This document shows, piece by piece, positions 19,701 to 29,149 of a stretch of 64,000 nucleotides of DNA. Source of the DNA: an uncultured candidatus Porisulfidus sp. (GTDB taxonomy: Bacteria > Pseudomonadota > Gammaproteobacteria > Poriferisulfidales > Oxydemutatoraceae); assembly GCA_965215125.1 (NCBI GenBank), contig OZ244052.1:1696001-1760000 (forward strand). The letters run 5' to 3'. The notes below the pieces were generated by a model. It was not told the origin of the DNA, searched no databases, and saw only the letters and a program-made list of their open reading frames with translations. The number at the start of each line of letters is the position of its first letter. The first letter of the stretch is position 1. The position numbers and the translations under genes were made by a program.

Positions 19701-20731
19701 TGGAAAAGAAGAACTTTGAAGTGCACCATAAGGATCAATCGTGGGTTTGGGATTTGATGCATCTGAAACGATGGTGGAGCGAGACCGGTATGCATATACA
19801 AGCATTGCGCGACGACCGGCAATGCGCCGAAGAGGAAATGGATACTCTGTGCGATGCGCATAATCCGGGTTTGCGCGCCGAATGGGATTTTGCTCTGCCC
19901 GATGATTTGAACTATGAGCCTACGACCTCGTTTGATGCACAGAGTTTTTCTATCAAAGCCAAAAAACCCAAAGTCGCTATCCTCAGAGAGCAAGGTGTCA
20001 ACGGTCATAAGGAGATGGCGGCAGCATTCGAGCGGGCAGGTTTTGCCGCCTACGACATACATATGAACGATTTAATCAACGGCGAGGCAGACCTGAAGTG
20101 TTTTCAAGGTTTGGCTGCCTGTGGGGGTTTCTCTTACGGAGATGTGTTGGGGGCAGGTGCGGGTTGGGCACATTCTATATTGATGCACGACCGTAGCCGA
20201 GAAACCTTTGCAGAATTTTTCAACCGCACCGATACCTTTACATTCGGTGTTTGCAACGGCTGTCAAATGCTATCGCGTATCAAGGACATCATTCCCGGTG
20301 CCTCGCATTGGCCGGTATTTGTGCGCAACCGTTCAAAGCAATTTGAAGCGCGCTTGGTAAAAGTAGAGATAACACCCTCACCGTCGGTATTGTTGGCGGA
20401 GATGGTCGGTGCCCGTTTGCCGATAGTCGTTTCCCACGGAGAAGGCCGAGCACTATTCACCGCCGAACAAACACCAGGGCATGCAAGCCCGTACACATGC
20501 CTACGTTATATCGATAACTACGACCGTAGCACCGAACATTATCCTGCCAACCCCAACGGTAGTCCACAAGGCATGACAGCGTTTTGTAATACCGACGGTC
20601 GTGTAACGATTATGATGCCCCACCCCGAGCGCTTATTCAGAACCGATCAATACTCGTGGCACGCTCCCGAATGGGGATACCTTGCACCATGGTTCGGATT
20701 GTTCCATAATGCCTATAAATTTTGTAGCTGA
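16739..20731 (+). CDS. purL: Phosphoribosylformylglycinamidine synthase (large, single-chain)
   Basis: [53 protein letters not shown] and MMPHPER. The ORF-track N-terminal extension runs through repeat DNA, so the start is moved to ATG 16739. Confidence 0.96.
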   Translation: [1330 protein letters not shown]

Positions 20732-20743
20732 TTAACCATAACC

Positions 20744-21814
20744 ATGTCTTGTCCCATATACATTATCAATCTTAAGCGTAATCCGGAGCGGCGGCTTTAT
20801 ATGCAAAGACAGCTGGATGCCTTCGGCTTGGATTACAGTTTTGTAGAGGTGGATGTTTTTGATAAATACGAATTGGAATCGAAGGCATACCGCATCCGTG
20901 TTGCTCGCATGTTGGGAATTGACGAGCAGGCCTTGGAACACAAATATGCCACGGTGATAGATTATGTGAAAAATCATCATAAAAATAAATATCATGAATT
21001 AGCGTTACTTGCTATCGGGTTGAGTCATATAAAAGTCTACAACTTGATGATAGCGAATAATCATGCGATGGCGTGTATATTAGAAGATGATGCTAGATTA
21101 TTGCCGACTTTCCCCGAGGTGCTTAAAATCGCTCCTGATTTAGAGTGGGATATATTACAGTTTTGTCACCAGCCTTATTTCTTTCTCTTTGTTCCATTTT
21201 TTATGCATCATTTTTCTAGGATAGGTTTCCTCAAATTTCCTAATCTTCGGTTATTATTTCCTGAGAATTATAATCAGATAGATAAACGGATAATAAGAGA
21301 ATATGGTTTTGATAATCGGAGATACTCAAAGCCGGCGACTTATATAACACGAACCATGCGACTACATCGTAATAAACACAAAAGCATCATAAAATCTCTA
21401 ATTACCGGCGCAATTAGGAAATTCTTGGTTCCTAAAAGTCATTTACCACGTATAAATAACATCAGGAATACTATAGAATTGTTGCAGTTCAATACTACAA
21501 TTGAGCTAGGTATGTTTCCCGAGGAACGCACTCCAACCCTTATAACCGAACATCATTGTATTGCTAAGCCTAGAGGAAAGATTTCGTCGACTACGGCGTA
21601 TTTAGTAAGACAATCGGCTATAGCTAAATGGAAACAAGCATTACTCTCCGATAATTTTCTAAGTATAGATCAGATTCAATGGAGGTTATACAAGAATAGG
21701 CAGGTAAAGCTACGCATAATTAGCCCGCCTTGTGCGACGGCTACTTATGGTTACCTAAAATATACAATGCGTCTCTCGGACTCTCACTTTGATATAAATA
21801 AAACAAATTTTTAG
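20744..21814 (+). CDS. Glycosyltransferase family 25-like protein with a long central insertion
   Basis: IYIINLKRNPERR, SH..VY..M and ACILEDD motifs. AT-rich; paralogous to 27843-28796. Confidence 0.78.
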   Translation: MSCPIYIINLKRNPERRLYMQRQLDAFGLDYSFVEVDVFDKYELESKAYRIRVARMLGIDEQALEHKYATVIDYVKNHHKNKYHELALLAIGLSHIKVYNLMIANNHAMACILEDDARLLPTFPEVLKIAPDLEWDILQFCHQPYFFLFVPFFMHHFSRIGFLKFPNLRLLFPENYNQIDKRIIREYGFDNRRYSKPATYITRTMRLHRNKHKSIIKSLITGAIRKFLVPKSHLPRINNIRNTIELLQFNTTIELGMFPEERTPTLITEHHCIAKPRGKISSTTAYLVRQSAIAKWKQALLSDNFLSIDQIQWRLYKNRQVKLRIISPPCATATYGYLKYTMRLSDSHFDINKTNF

Positions 21815-21853
21815 GTTTAACCTATGAATGGTTTATAGCTATTTTATGATATA

Positions 21854-22405
21854 TCATTTCCATTTGATGGAGCAGCCGATACCGGGAATTTGGTGTTCGG
21901 GACCGTGCCCGGTTTCGGCAATCAAAATCATTGCTTCCAGTAGTTCCTGCTTTAAGTCGTCGCTGCTCTGTGAGGGACCGCTTGCATCGAGCCGCCCTCT
22001 ATATTGAAGTTCAAAATCTTTGTTATAACCGAAGAAATCGGGTGTGCAAACTGCCCCGTAGGTCTTAGCGACCGCTTGGCTTTGGTCGTACAAATAAGGG
22101 AAAGGATAGGCAAATTTTTGGGCTATTTTTTTCATATTGTCAAATGAGTCTTCGCTGTATTCGGCGGGGTCGTTGGACATAACCGCAACCGAATTGATAC
22201 CGTGATCAAGCAACTGTTTAGTTTGGAGGCTTAGTTTTTTCTGGATCGCTTTTACATAGGGGCAGTGATTGCATATAAACATGACCAGCAAGCCGTTTAC
22301 TCCCATGCAGTCGCGTGCATTGTATGTTTTCCCGTCGGTTGCCGGCAAGCTGAAATCGTGCATCGCTTCTCCGAAATTGCAAACCGGTGTTGTTTTTGCT
22401 ACCAT
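21854..22405 (-). CDS. Thioredoxin-like / AhpC-TSA (PRX_like1) family protein
   Basis: VMFICNHCPYVK, DSFDNMK, YGAVCTPDFF, YRGRLD and IGCSIKWK. Confidence 0.9.
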   Translation of the reverse strand: MVAKTTPVCNFGEAMHDFSLPATDGKTYNARDCMGVNGLLVMFICNHCPYVKAIQKKLSLQTKQLLDHGINSVAVMSNDPAEYSEDSFDNMKKIAQKFAYPFPYLYDQSQAVAKTYGAVCTPDFFGYNKDFELQYRGRLDASGPSQSSDDLKQELLEAMILIAETGHGPEHQIPGIGCSIKWK

Positions 22406-22498
22406 AGCTGTTTATCTACTGAATGTGCTTGAGTATATTACCCGATTTTTTCGCATTATCAAATCTTAAATAGACAAATTTCGCAAAACGAGAGCTTA

Positions 22499-23632
22499 AT
22501 GACACGATTTTTTACTTCCGAGTCGGTTTCCGAAGGTCACCCTGACAAGATCTGCGATCAGATATCCGACGGTATTTTGGATGCTTTGATAGCCGAAGAT
22601 CCCAATAGTCGCGTCGCGTGCGAGGCGATGGTCAAGAATAACCATGTTGTTGTGGGAGGTGAGATTTCCAGCAGTGCCGATATTTGTTATGAAAGAAATA
22701 TTCGTAGCATTATTGCCGAAATAGGCTATGACGATCCCGGCTTGGGTTTTGATGCCGAACACTGTAATATATCAATTTTACTGGGTTTGCAGTCGTCCGA
22801 TATCAGTCAAGGCGTAGATCGAGACGAATCGCAGGGTGCCGGAGATCAAGGTTCGATGTTCGGTTATGCCAGCAACGAGACCGACGAATTAATGCCCGCT
22901 CCGATTACTTATGCGCATCGCTTGCTCAAGCGACATTCCGAATTGAGACGTGCAAAGACATTACCGTGGCTGCGTCCCGACGCTAAAAGCCAACTCAGCT
23001 TTCGCTACGAGGATGACAAACCGGTCGGCATATCGGCAATTGTTTTTTCTACCCAGCACGATGAATCGGTGTCGCTTGTCGAGATTGAAGAAGCGGTGAG
23101 AGAGCAGATTATCAAAGCGGTATTACCGCAAGAATGGTTGTCCGCAGACACCCGTTACCATATCAACCCGACCGGACGTTTCGTGGTCGGTGGACCGGTC
23201 GGTGATTGCGGTCTGACCGGGCGTAAGATTATCGTCGATACCTACGGTGGCATGGCACGACACGGCGGCGGTGCTTTCTCGGGTAAGGATCCGTCCAAGG
23301 TAGATCGCTCGGCAGCCTATGCCGCGCGTTATGTTGCCAAAAATATCGCCGCAGCAGGTCTAGCCGAACGTTGCGAGGTTCAGTTGTCTTATGCGATCGG
23401 TGTTGCCGAACCGGTTTCAATCTCGGTGGATACCTTTGCAACCGGTAATTTACCGGATTCAGAGATCGTGTCGTTGGTGAAAACGCATTTTGATTTGCGG
23501 CCTGCGGCAATCATCGAGGATTTGGATTTGTTAAACCCGATATATAAGCAAACCGCAGCATACGGACATTTCGGCAGAGACGATATACATCTGCCGTGGG
23601 AAAGCTGCGATAAGGTAGAATTGTTAAAATAG
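22499..23632 (+). CDS. metK: S-adenosylmethionine synthetase
   Basis: [33 protein letters not shown] and [16 protein letters not shown]. Confidence 0.98.
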   Translation: MTRFFTSESVSEGHPDKICDQISDGILDALIAEDPNSRVACEAMVKNNHVVVGGEISSSADICYERNIRSIIAEIGYDDPGLGFDAEHCNISILLGLQSSDISQGVDRDESQGAGDQGSMFGYASNETDELMPAPITYAHRLLKRHSELRRAKTLPWLRPDAKSQLSFRYEDDKPVGISAIVFSTQHDESVSLVEIEEAVREQIIKAVLPQEWLSADTRYHINPTGRFVVGGPVGDCGLTGRKIIVDTYGGMARHGGGAFSGKDPSKVDRSAAYAARYVAKNIAAAGLAERCEVQLSYAIGVAEPVSISVDTFATGNLPDSEIVSLVKTHFDLRPAAIIEDLDLLNPIYKQTAAYGHFGRDDIHLPWESCDKVELLK

Positions 23633-23659
23633 ACACAACTAATAAAGGGAGATTTACGA

Positions 23660-24970
23660 ATGAGTGTTACAGCGAGAGAATTGGAACAAGATTATAGAGT
23701 TGCCGACTTAAGCCTGGCCGAATGGGGGGCTAAAGAGATCGCGATCGCCGAGACCGAAATGCCGGGTTTGATGGCGTTGCGAGAACAATACGCCGGGCAA
23801 CAGCCGCTTGCCGGGGCGCGTATTGCCGGTTGCTTGCACATGACCGTGCAGACCGCAGTGTTGATACAGACTCTGGTTGCATTAGGCGCGTCGCTTAGAT
23901 GGGCTTCGTGCAATATCTTTTCTACCCAAGACCACGCCGCTGCGGCGATGGCGGCAGCCGGTATCCCGGTCTTTGCATGGAAGGGCGAGAGTGAATCCGA
24001 ATATTGGTGGTGTATAGAGCAGACGGTCAGAGGCAAAGACGGTTGGACACCCAATTTATTGCTCGACGACGGTGGCGATTTAACCAAAATGATGCACGAT
24101 GAGTTTCCCGAGTTGCTCAAGGAAGTGAAAGGGGTTTCGGAGGAGACCACCACCGGTGTCAGACGGCTATACGATATGCACGAGAAAGGGGAATTAGGGA
24201 CAGTTGCGTTTAATGTCAACGACTCGGTCACCAAATCAAAGTTTGATAATATCTACGGTTGCCGAGAATCGTTGATAGACGGGATTAAGCGCGCCACCGA
24301 TGTGATGATTTCCGGAAAAGTTGCGGTAGTTTGCGGCTACGGTGATGTCGGCAAAGGATGTGCGCAATCGCTACGCAGTCAAAGTTGCAGAGTGTGGGTG
24401 ACCGAAATAGACCCGATCTGCGCACTGCAGGCGGCGATGGAAGGGTATCGGGTTGTGACGATGGAAGAGGCTGCACCCCAAGCAGATATATTCATTACCG
24501 CAACCGGCAACTATCGTGTAATCAATCACGATCACATCTCGGCAATGAGAGATCAAGCGATTGTCTGTAATATCGGCCATTTTGACGATGAGATAGATGT
24601 GGCAAGCCTAAAAGATTATCGGTGGATCAATATCAAACCGCAGGTTGATCAAATTGAATTACCCAATGGCAGACGCATTATTCTATTGGCGGAGGGACGG
24701 TTGGTTAATTTAGGGTGTGCGACCGGGCATCCGAGTTTTGTTATGTCCAATTCATTCACCAATCAGATACTCGCACAAATAGAACTTTGGCAGCATAGCG
24801 AACGCTATAGCGTCGGCGTACATACGCTACCTAAAGTGCTTGACGAAGAAGTTGCGCGATTGCATTTGGCTAAAGTAGGTGCGCAATTAACGAGATTGAA
24901 TCCCGAACAGGCGGAATATATCGGAGTACCTGTGGAAGGACCTTACAAACCCGAGTATTACCGTTACTAA
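23660..24970 (+). CDS. ahcY: Adenosylhomocysteinase
   Basis: [35 protein letters not shown] and GHPSFVMS. Confidence 0.98.
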   Translation: MSVTARELEQDYRVADLSLAEWGAKEIAIAETEMPGLMALREQYAGQQPLAGARIAGCLHMTVQTAVLIQTLVALGASLRWASCNIFSTQDHAAAAMAAAGIPVFAWKGESESEYWWCIEQTVRGKDGWTPNLLLDDGGDLTKMMHDEFPELLKEVKGVSEETTTGVRRLYDMHEKGELGTVAFNVNDSVTKSKFDNIYGCRESLIDGIKRATDVMISGKVAVVCGYGDVGKGCAQSLRSQSCRVWVTEIDPICALQAAMEGYRVVTMEEAAPQADIFITATGNYRVINHDHISAMRDQAIVCNIGHFDDEIDVASLKDYRWINIKPQVDQIELPNGRRIILLAEGRLVNLGCATGHPSFVMSNSFTNQILAQIELWQHSERYSVGVHTLPKVLDEEVARLHLAKVGAQLTRLNPEQAEYIGVPVEGPYKPEYYRY

Positions 24971-24988
24971 AAATATCGTCGGACACCG

Positions 24989-25726
24989 ATGAGAGTGTCT
25001 AGAGTCTATTACCCGATAGAGATGAAGCCTCAACAGAGGTTTGAGGTTGACGGTAAGGTACACCACTATCTAAACCGAGTGTTACGCCTTAATACAGGGG
25101 CGGCGGTGCGTTTTTTTAACGACAAAGGACACGAATTTCTATGCACACTGACGGACAAGAATAGGCAAAGGAGTACGTTTATATGTGAAAGCGAAGTTGA
25201 AGTACTCCCGGAAATTGAGCCTAAAGTTAAGCTCTATCTGGCAGTTTGTAAAAACGATAGCATGGATTTTTCGGTACGGAAAGCAACCGAGTTGGGTGTG
25301 CAGGAATTACAACCGCTGATTAGCGAGCGTAGTTTGTCGCAAAGTGCTGCCGATAGGCGACGGTTGCACTGGCAAGGTGTTGCAGAAAGTGCCTGCGAGC
25401 AATGTGGCAGAGCGATTGTTCCTCGAATAGCAGACCCTATCGCATTACAACAAATCATGAAAATTGGAGGAGACGATAAGGCAATCATCTGTTGTCTCGA
25501 TACCCCAATCTCGATCAAAGACCGAGCCGACAAGATTTTGGCACAGTTATTTGAGCGCAAAGCCATGCTCCATTTGATGATCGGCCCGGAGGGCGATTTT
25601 AGTGCCGATGAAATTGCCCATGCGATATCATTGGGTTTTGAACCTGCCGGTTTAGGGGATTATGTGCTTCGCAGCGACACTGCCGTTGTTGCCGCACTAA
25701 GCGTTATACGCTTTTTGCGTACGTGA
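24989..25726 (+). CDS. rsmE: 16S rRNA m3U1498 methyltransferase
   Basis: HYL.RVLRL, KATELGV, ACEQCGR, IGPEGDFS and LRSDTA. Confidence 0.93.
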   Translation: MRVSRVYYPIEMKPQQRFEVDGKVHHYLNRVLRLNTGAAVRFFNDKGHEFLCTLTDKNRQRSTFICESEVEVLPEIEPKVKLYLAVCKNDSMDFSVRKATELGVQELQPLISERSLSQSAADRRRLHWQGVAESACEQCGRAIVPRIADPIALQQIMKIGGDDKAIICCLDTPISIKDRADKILAQLFERKAMLHLMIGPEGDFSADEIAHAISLGFEPAGLGDYVLRSDTAVVAALSVIRFLRT

Positions 25727-25732
25727 GACTCA

Positions 25733-26073
25733 GGCTGTCGAAAAAGTATTCACGAACTGTGTGGACAGTACATTCCCCTCCTCTGGAGGGGTGGCAGGCT
25801 TCGCCTGACGGGGTGGTTGCTAAGGGTCTGCATAACTACAGGGACGGTTCTATTTATGCAGTGCCAATACTTTTTCAACAATCCCCAACTGCCTGAACCC
25901 CTGATTACGATTCCTATAAACCCAATGGATGAATGTCTTGTTTGTGCGGATGCGTTACGTTTTGGGCAGAACAAAGCCGCCGATTGAGCCAGTAGGTCAA
26001 TCGGCAATTTAATTTAAGTCCGCCCCTACATATTGTATCGAACATCGTCGTGGTTCTGCACAATGTCACGCCG
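25733..26073. repeat. Composite repeat: MITE-like unit 25733-25886 plus nested REP 25964-26029
   Basis: GGCTGTCGAAAAAGTAT ... ATACTTTTTCAACAATCCCC encloses TTCCCCTCCTCTGGAGGGGTGGCAGGCTTCGCCTGACGGGGTGGTTG. Followed by GGGCAGA...GCCGATTGAGCCAGTAGGTCAATCGGC...GTCCGCCCCTAC. GGTTCTGCACAATGTCACGCCG is shared with ~13232. Confidence 0.75.
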
Positions 26074-26079
26074 GTTGCC

Positions 26080-27321
26080 CTACCGGAGCAAGTGGTGGTT
26101 TTCTCTGACGTATTTTTCTATGAGTGCTCTGAAGTCGGCTACCAAGTTGTCGCCGGATAGTGTCAGTTCGTGTTTGCCGTCTATATAAACGGGGGCTACC
26201 GGACGTTCGCCGCTGCCCGGTAAGCTGATGCCTATATCCGCGTGCTTGCTTTCCCCGGGTCCGTTGACTACGCATCCCATTACCGCAACGGTCATTTTTT
26301 CGGCACCGGGGTATTTTGTTTTCCAATCGGCCATTCTCTGCTCTATGTAGCTTTGTATTTCGGATGCGAGTTTCTGAAAATAATCGCTACTTGTGCGCCC
26401 ACAGCCGGGGCAGGCGATTACCGAAGGAATAAAGGCGCGTAACTTGAGAGCTTGCAGGATATCTTGTGCGATGCGCACTTCTTCGCTACGGCTGCCGCCG
26501 GGTTTCGGGGTGAGCGAAACTCGTATCGTATCGCCGATGCCCTCTTGAAGTAAGATTGCCAATGCTGCGCTGGAGTTAACCGTCCCGCGCCGTCCCATAC
26601 CGGCTTCGGTGAGGCCCAAGTGAAGCGGATAATCACACTGTTTGGCAAGCATTCGGTACACGCAAACCAAGCCTTGTAAATCACTGAGTTTACACGATAG
26701 GACGATTGCGTTGTGCGCTAAGCCTAAGTTCTCGGCTTGTTCGGCACTTTGCAATGCCGACTCGATCATCGTCTTGTAGGTGATTTCGTCCAGCGACAGC
26801 GGGTTTTTTAATTTGGCGTTATCGTCTAGTTTGTTTTTTAGCAGGTCTTGATCCAAACTTCCCCAATTTACACCGATGCGAACGGGCTTTTGATGTAGAC
26901 ACGCGTACTCTATCATTTCGGCAAACTGCGTGTCGTGTTTAGCACCGCGCCCCACATTACCTGGGTTGATGCGTAGCTTGTCCAGATGTGCAATACATTC
27001 GGGATGTTTGCGTACTAGTTTGTGACCGTTGTAATGGAAGTCGCCCACTAGCGGCACACGATTGCCCGAGGCATCCAGTTTTTCTACGATTTCGGGAATT
27101 GCGCGAGCTGCAGCCTCGTTGTTGACGGTGATACGCACCAATTCCGACCCTGCCTGTGCGAGTTCTATAATTTCGGCAGTGGTTGCTTCAATGTCGGTGG
27201 TGTCGGTGGCAGTCATCGATTGCACTACGATAGGTGCCGTGCCACCGATAGTGATATTAGCAACCTGCACCGACACGGTGCGTCGTCTATGTATTGCGGG
27301 AAGTTTTATGCTTTGTGTCAT
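26080..27321 (-). CDS. ispG: (E)-4-hydroxy-3-methylbut-2-enyl-diphosphate synthase
   Basis: [39 protein letters not shown] and [10 protein letters not shown]. Confidence 0.97.
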   Translation of the reverse strand: MTQSIKLPAIHRRRTVSVQVANITIGGTAPIVVQSMTATDTTDIEATTAEIIELAQAGSELVRITVNNEAAARAIPEIVEKLDASGNRVPLVGDFHYNGHKLVRKHPECIAHLDKLRINPGNVGRGAKHDTQFAEMIEYACLHQKPVRIGVNWGSLDQDLLKNKLDDNAKLKNPLSLDEITYKTMIESALQSAEQAENLGLAHNAIVLSCKLSDLQGLVCVYRMLAKQCDYPLHLGLTEAGMGRRGTVNSSAALAILLQEGIGDTIRVSLTPKPGGSRSEEVRIAQDILQALKLRAFIPSVIACPGCGRTSSDYFQKLASEIQSYIEQRMADWKTKYPGAEKMTVAVMGCVVNGPGESKHADIGISLPGSGERPVAPVYIDGKHELTLSGDNLVADFRALIEKYVRENHHLLR

Positions 27322-27379
27322 TTATAGCGTAACTCGTATAAAATGTATTGAATATTATACAACGACAGACAATCATAAG

Positions 27380-27787
27380 ATGGCATTTTTAGGAACAATA
27401 TCATGCGAGACCGAAGGCAAAGGGCTATATGACTTAAGTCCCGGCGTTCAGGATCTATTGCCTGCCGATGCCGAGGGCTTGTGCCATTTATTCGTTCGGC
27501 ATACCAGTGCATCGTTGGTTATCACCGAGAATGCCGATCCTACCGTTCATTCGGATTTGGAGAATTTTATGAGTAGACTGGTGGTTGATGGAGATCCTTT
27601 GTATCGGCATACTGTCGAAGGTCCCGACGATATGTCCGCGCATATACGATCGGTATTAACTAAGAGCGAATTAAACATACCGGTACAAGCGGGGCGGTTG
27701 ATGCTAGGTGTATGGCAAGGTATTTATTTGTGGGAGCATCGTAGCCACGCTAAAAAACGCTCGGTGGTTTGCACACTCATTGTTTAA
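27380..27787 (+). CDS. yjbQ: YjbQ / UPF0047 family protein
   Basis: HTSASL.I.ENADP.V..DL, EGPDDM.AHI and LG.WQGIYLWEHR. True start is ATG 27380; the longer ORF overlaps ispG. Confidence 0.9.
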   Translation: MAFLGTISCETEGKGLYDLSPGVQDLLPADAEGLCHLFVRHTSASLVITENADPTVHSDLENFMSRLVVDGDPLYRHTVEGPDDMSAHIRSVLTKSELNIPVQAGRLMLGVWQGIYLWEHRSHAKKRSVVCTLIV

Positions 27788-27842
27788 ATAATCATAAAGA
27801 TGCTGAAATCCCCGTAAATAATCTACTGCACCCTAATTTTTT

Positions 27843-28796
27843 ATGAATACCGACATTCCTATTTATGTAATCAGCCTAAGGCGATTACCCGAGCGTAGAT
27901 TATCCGTACAAAGACAGCTGGATGCTCTAAATCTGAAATACCAAATTATAGAAGCATTCGACGGGCGCGATTTTTTCTCTAAAGATTACCGCCTAAAGGT
28001 TGTCCGAGAATTCGGCATGAACGAGGATGCCATAGAAAAGAATTTATCTACATGGTCTTCGTATGCAATTTTGTTCAGTCACATTAAAGCCTACAATTTA
28101 ATGATAAGGAATAATGTTCCACTAGCCTGTATATTAGAGGATGATATTGATATATCCCCGGTATTTCCCGAGATATTAAACAATGTGCAACAATTTCCCT
28201 GGGACATATTAATGCTCGCTAATCATTCGGATAGTGTTGTGAGACTAACAAATACTCTAGCGGGTATCATGGTACATAGGTCACATCTTGCTTTGTGTCG
28301 GCGATTGATAAGTTATTATGTACATTCACCGCGATTGAGTCTAAAGCAACATTTGATAGCGATGCAATGTGCTTTTAATGTTATTAAACGCCGTTGGCAT
28401 TTATATCCTTATAGTATAATCCGCAACAGTAGTTTTGATATAAATAAAGCAGTAATAAATTTTAAAGATATCAATGAGAGAGAGTCTTTTTGGCAATATT
28501 ATGCATCCAAAATGGGTGCTGCCTTCTCTCACGATAAGGCATTCAAGCACCACATTACGGATAATTATTATGTAGCGAGTAAGTTGCCTGAATATTGTAA
28601 GGGAGGTATGGGTTATATGCTTAGATTAGAAGCTGCGCTTCGGTGGAAAAAAGAAGCATTAACCGATAAGCACGGAGATATTGATTTCATTCCTAGAATA
28701 TTAGCCGAACGCAACGATGTCAGGTTGTCTATTGTGACACCACCGTGTATAACAGCTTTATATAGATATTTGTCATGTTCAGCGAGGCGAAATTAA
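27843..28796 (+). CDS. Glycosyltransferase family 25-like protein
   Basis: IYVISLRRLPERR, AFDG, SHIKAY..M and ACILEDD. Its C-terminal L.IVTPPC.TA.Y.YL is shared with 20744-21814. Confidence 0.78.
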   Translation: MNTDIPIYVISLRRLPERRLSVQRQLDALNLKYQIIEAFDGRDFFSKDYRLKVVREFGMNEDAIEKNLSTWSSYAILFSHIKAYNLMIRNNVPLACILEDDIDISPVFPEILNNVQQFPWDILMLANHSDSVVRLTNTLAGIMVHRSHLALCRRLISYYVHSPRLSLKQHLIAMQCAFNVIKRRWHLYPYSIIRNSSFDINKAVINFKDINERESFWQYYASKMGAAFSHDKAFKHHITDNYYVASKLPEYCKGGMGYMLRLEAALRWKKEALTDKHGDIDFIPRILAERNDVRLSIVTPPCITALYRYLSCSARRN

Positions 28797-28823
28797 TGTC
28801 GCTAAGCCTTAGCCTATTCTCGG

Positions 28824-28912
28824 TGGTGCCCGGGGCCGGAGTCGAACCGGCACGAGCATCACTGCTCGAGGGATTTTAAGTCCCTTGCGTCTACCAATTT
28901 CGCCACCCGGGC
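28824..28912 (-). tRNA. tRNA-Leu(TAA)
   Basis: GCCCGGGTGGCGAAATTGGTAGACGC...GACT-TAA-AATC...GGTTCGACTCC...GGGCACCA, with long variable arm and encoded CCA. Confidence 0.95.
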
Positions 28913-28946
28913 ATGCAACCGTGGACTTCGGTGTTTTCGTTGACAA

Positions 28947-29017
28947 AGGCTAGTGCCGGAATCGAACCGGCGTAAACGGCTTTGCAGGCCGCTGCATGAC
29001 CATTCTGCCAACTAGCC
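28947..29017 (-). tRNA. tRNA-Cys(GCA), CCA not encoded
   Basis: GGCTAGTTGGCAGAATGG...GCGGCCT-GCA-AAGCCGT...GGTTCGATTCCGGCACTAGCCT. Confidence 0.93.
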
Positions 29018-29133
29018 GAAACTCTATCGGCAGACGCGGGTCTGCCTTTAATTTAATCGCATATTGTACTATGTATCGGGTATCGTACAATAATAAAAGG
29101 TTTGGGAACTATATAGTTAACTTGACAAAGAAA

Positions 29134-29149
29134 TGTTAAATTATATCAA
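29134..29149 (+). promoter_or_regulatory. Possible extended -10 promoter giving a leaderless tnpB mRNA
   Basis: TGT-TAAATT at 29134-29142 with the ATG starting 7 nt after the hexamer; no Shine-Dalgarno upstream. Confidence 0.3.

Noticed and set aside
22406-23659. SAM/SAH riboswitch ahead of metK or ahcY
   Set aside because: The intergenic gaps are short (93 and 27 bp), AT-rich and without recognisable aptamer motifs.
29101-29127. Xer/dif recombination site
   Set aside because: It does not match the XerC/XerD dif consensus and occurs as an inverted pair around one gene, which fits TIRs better.
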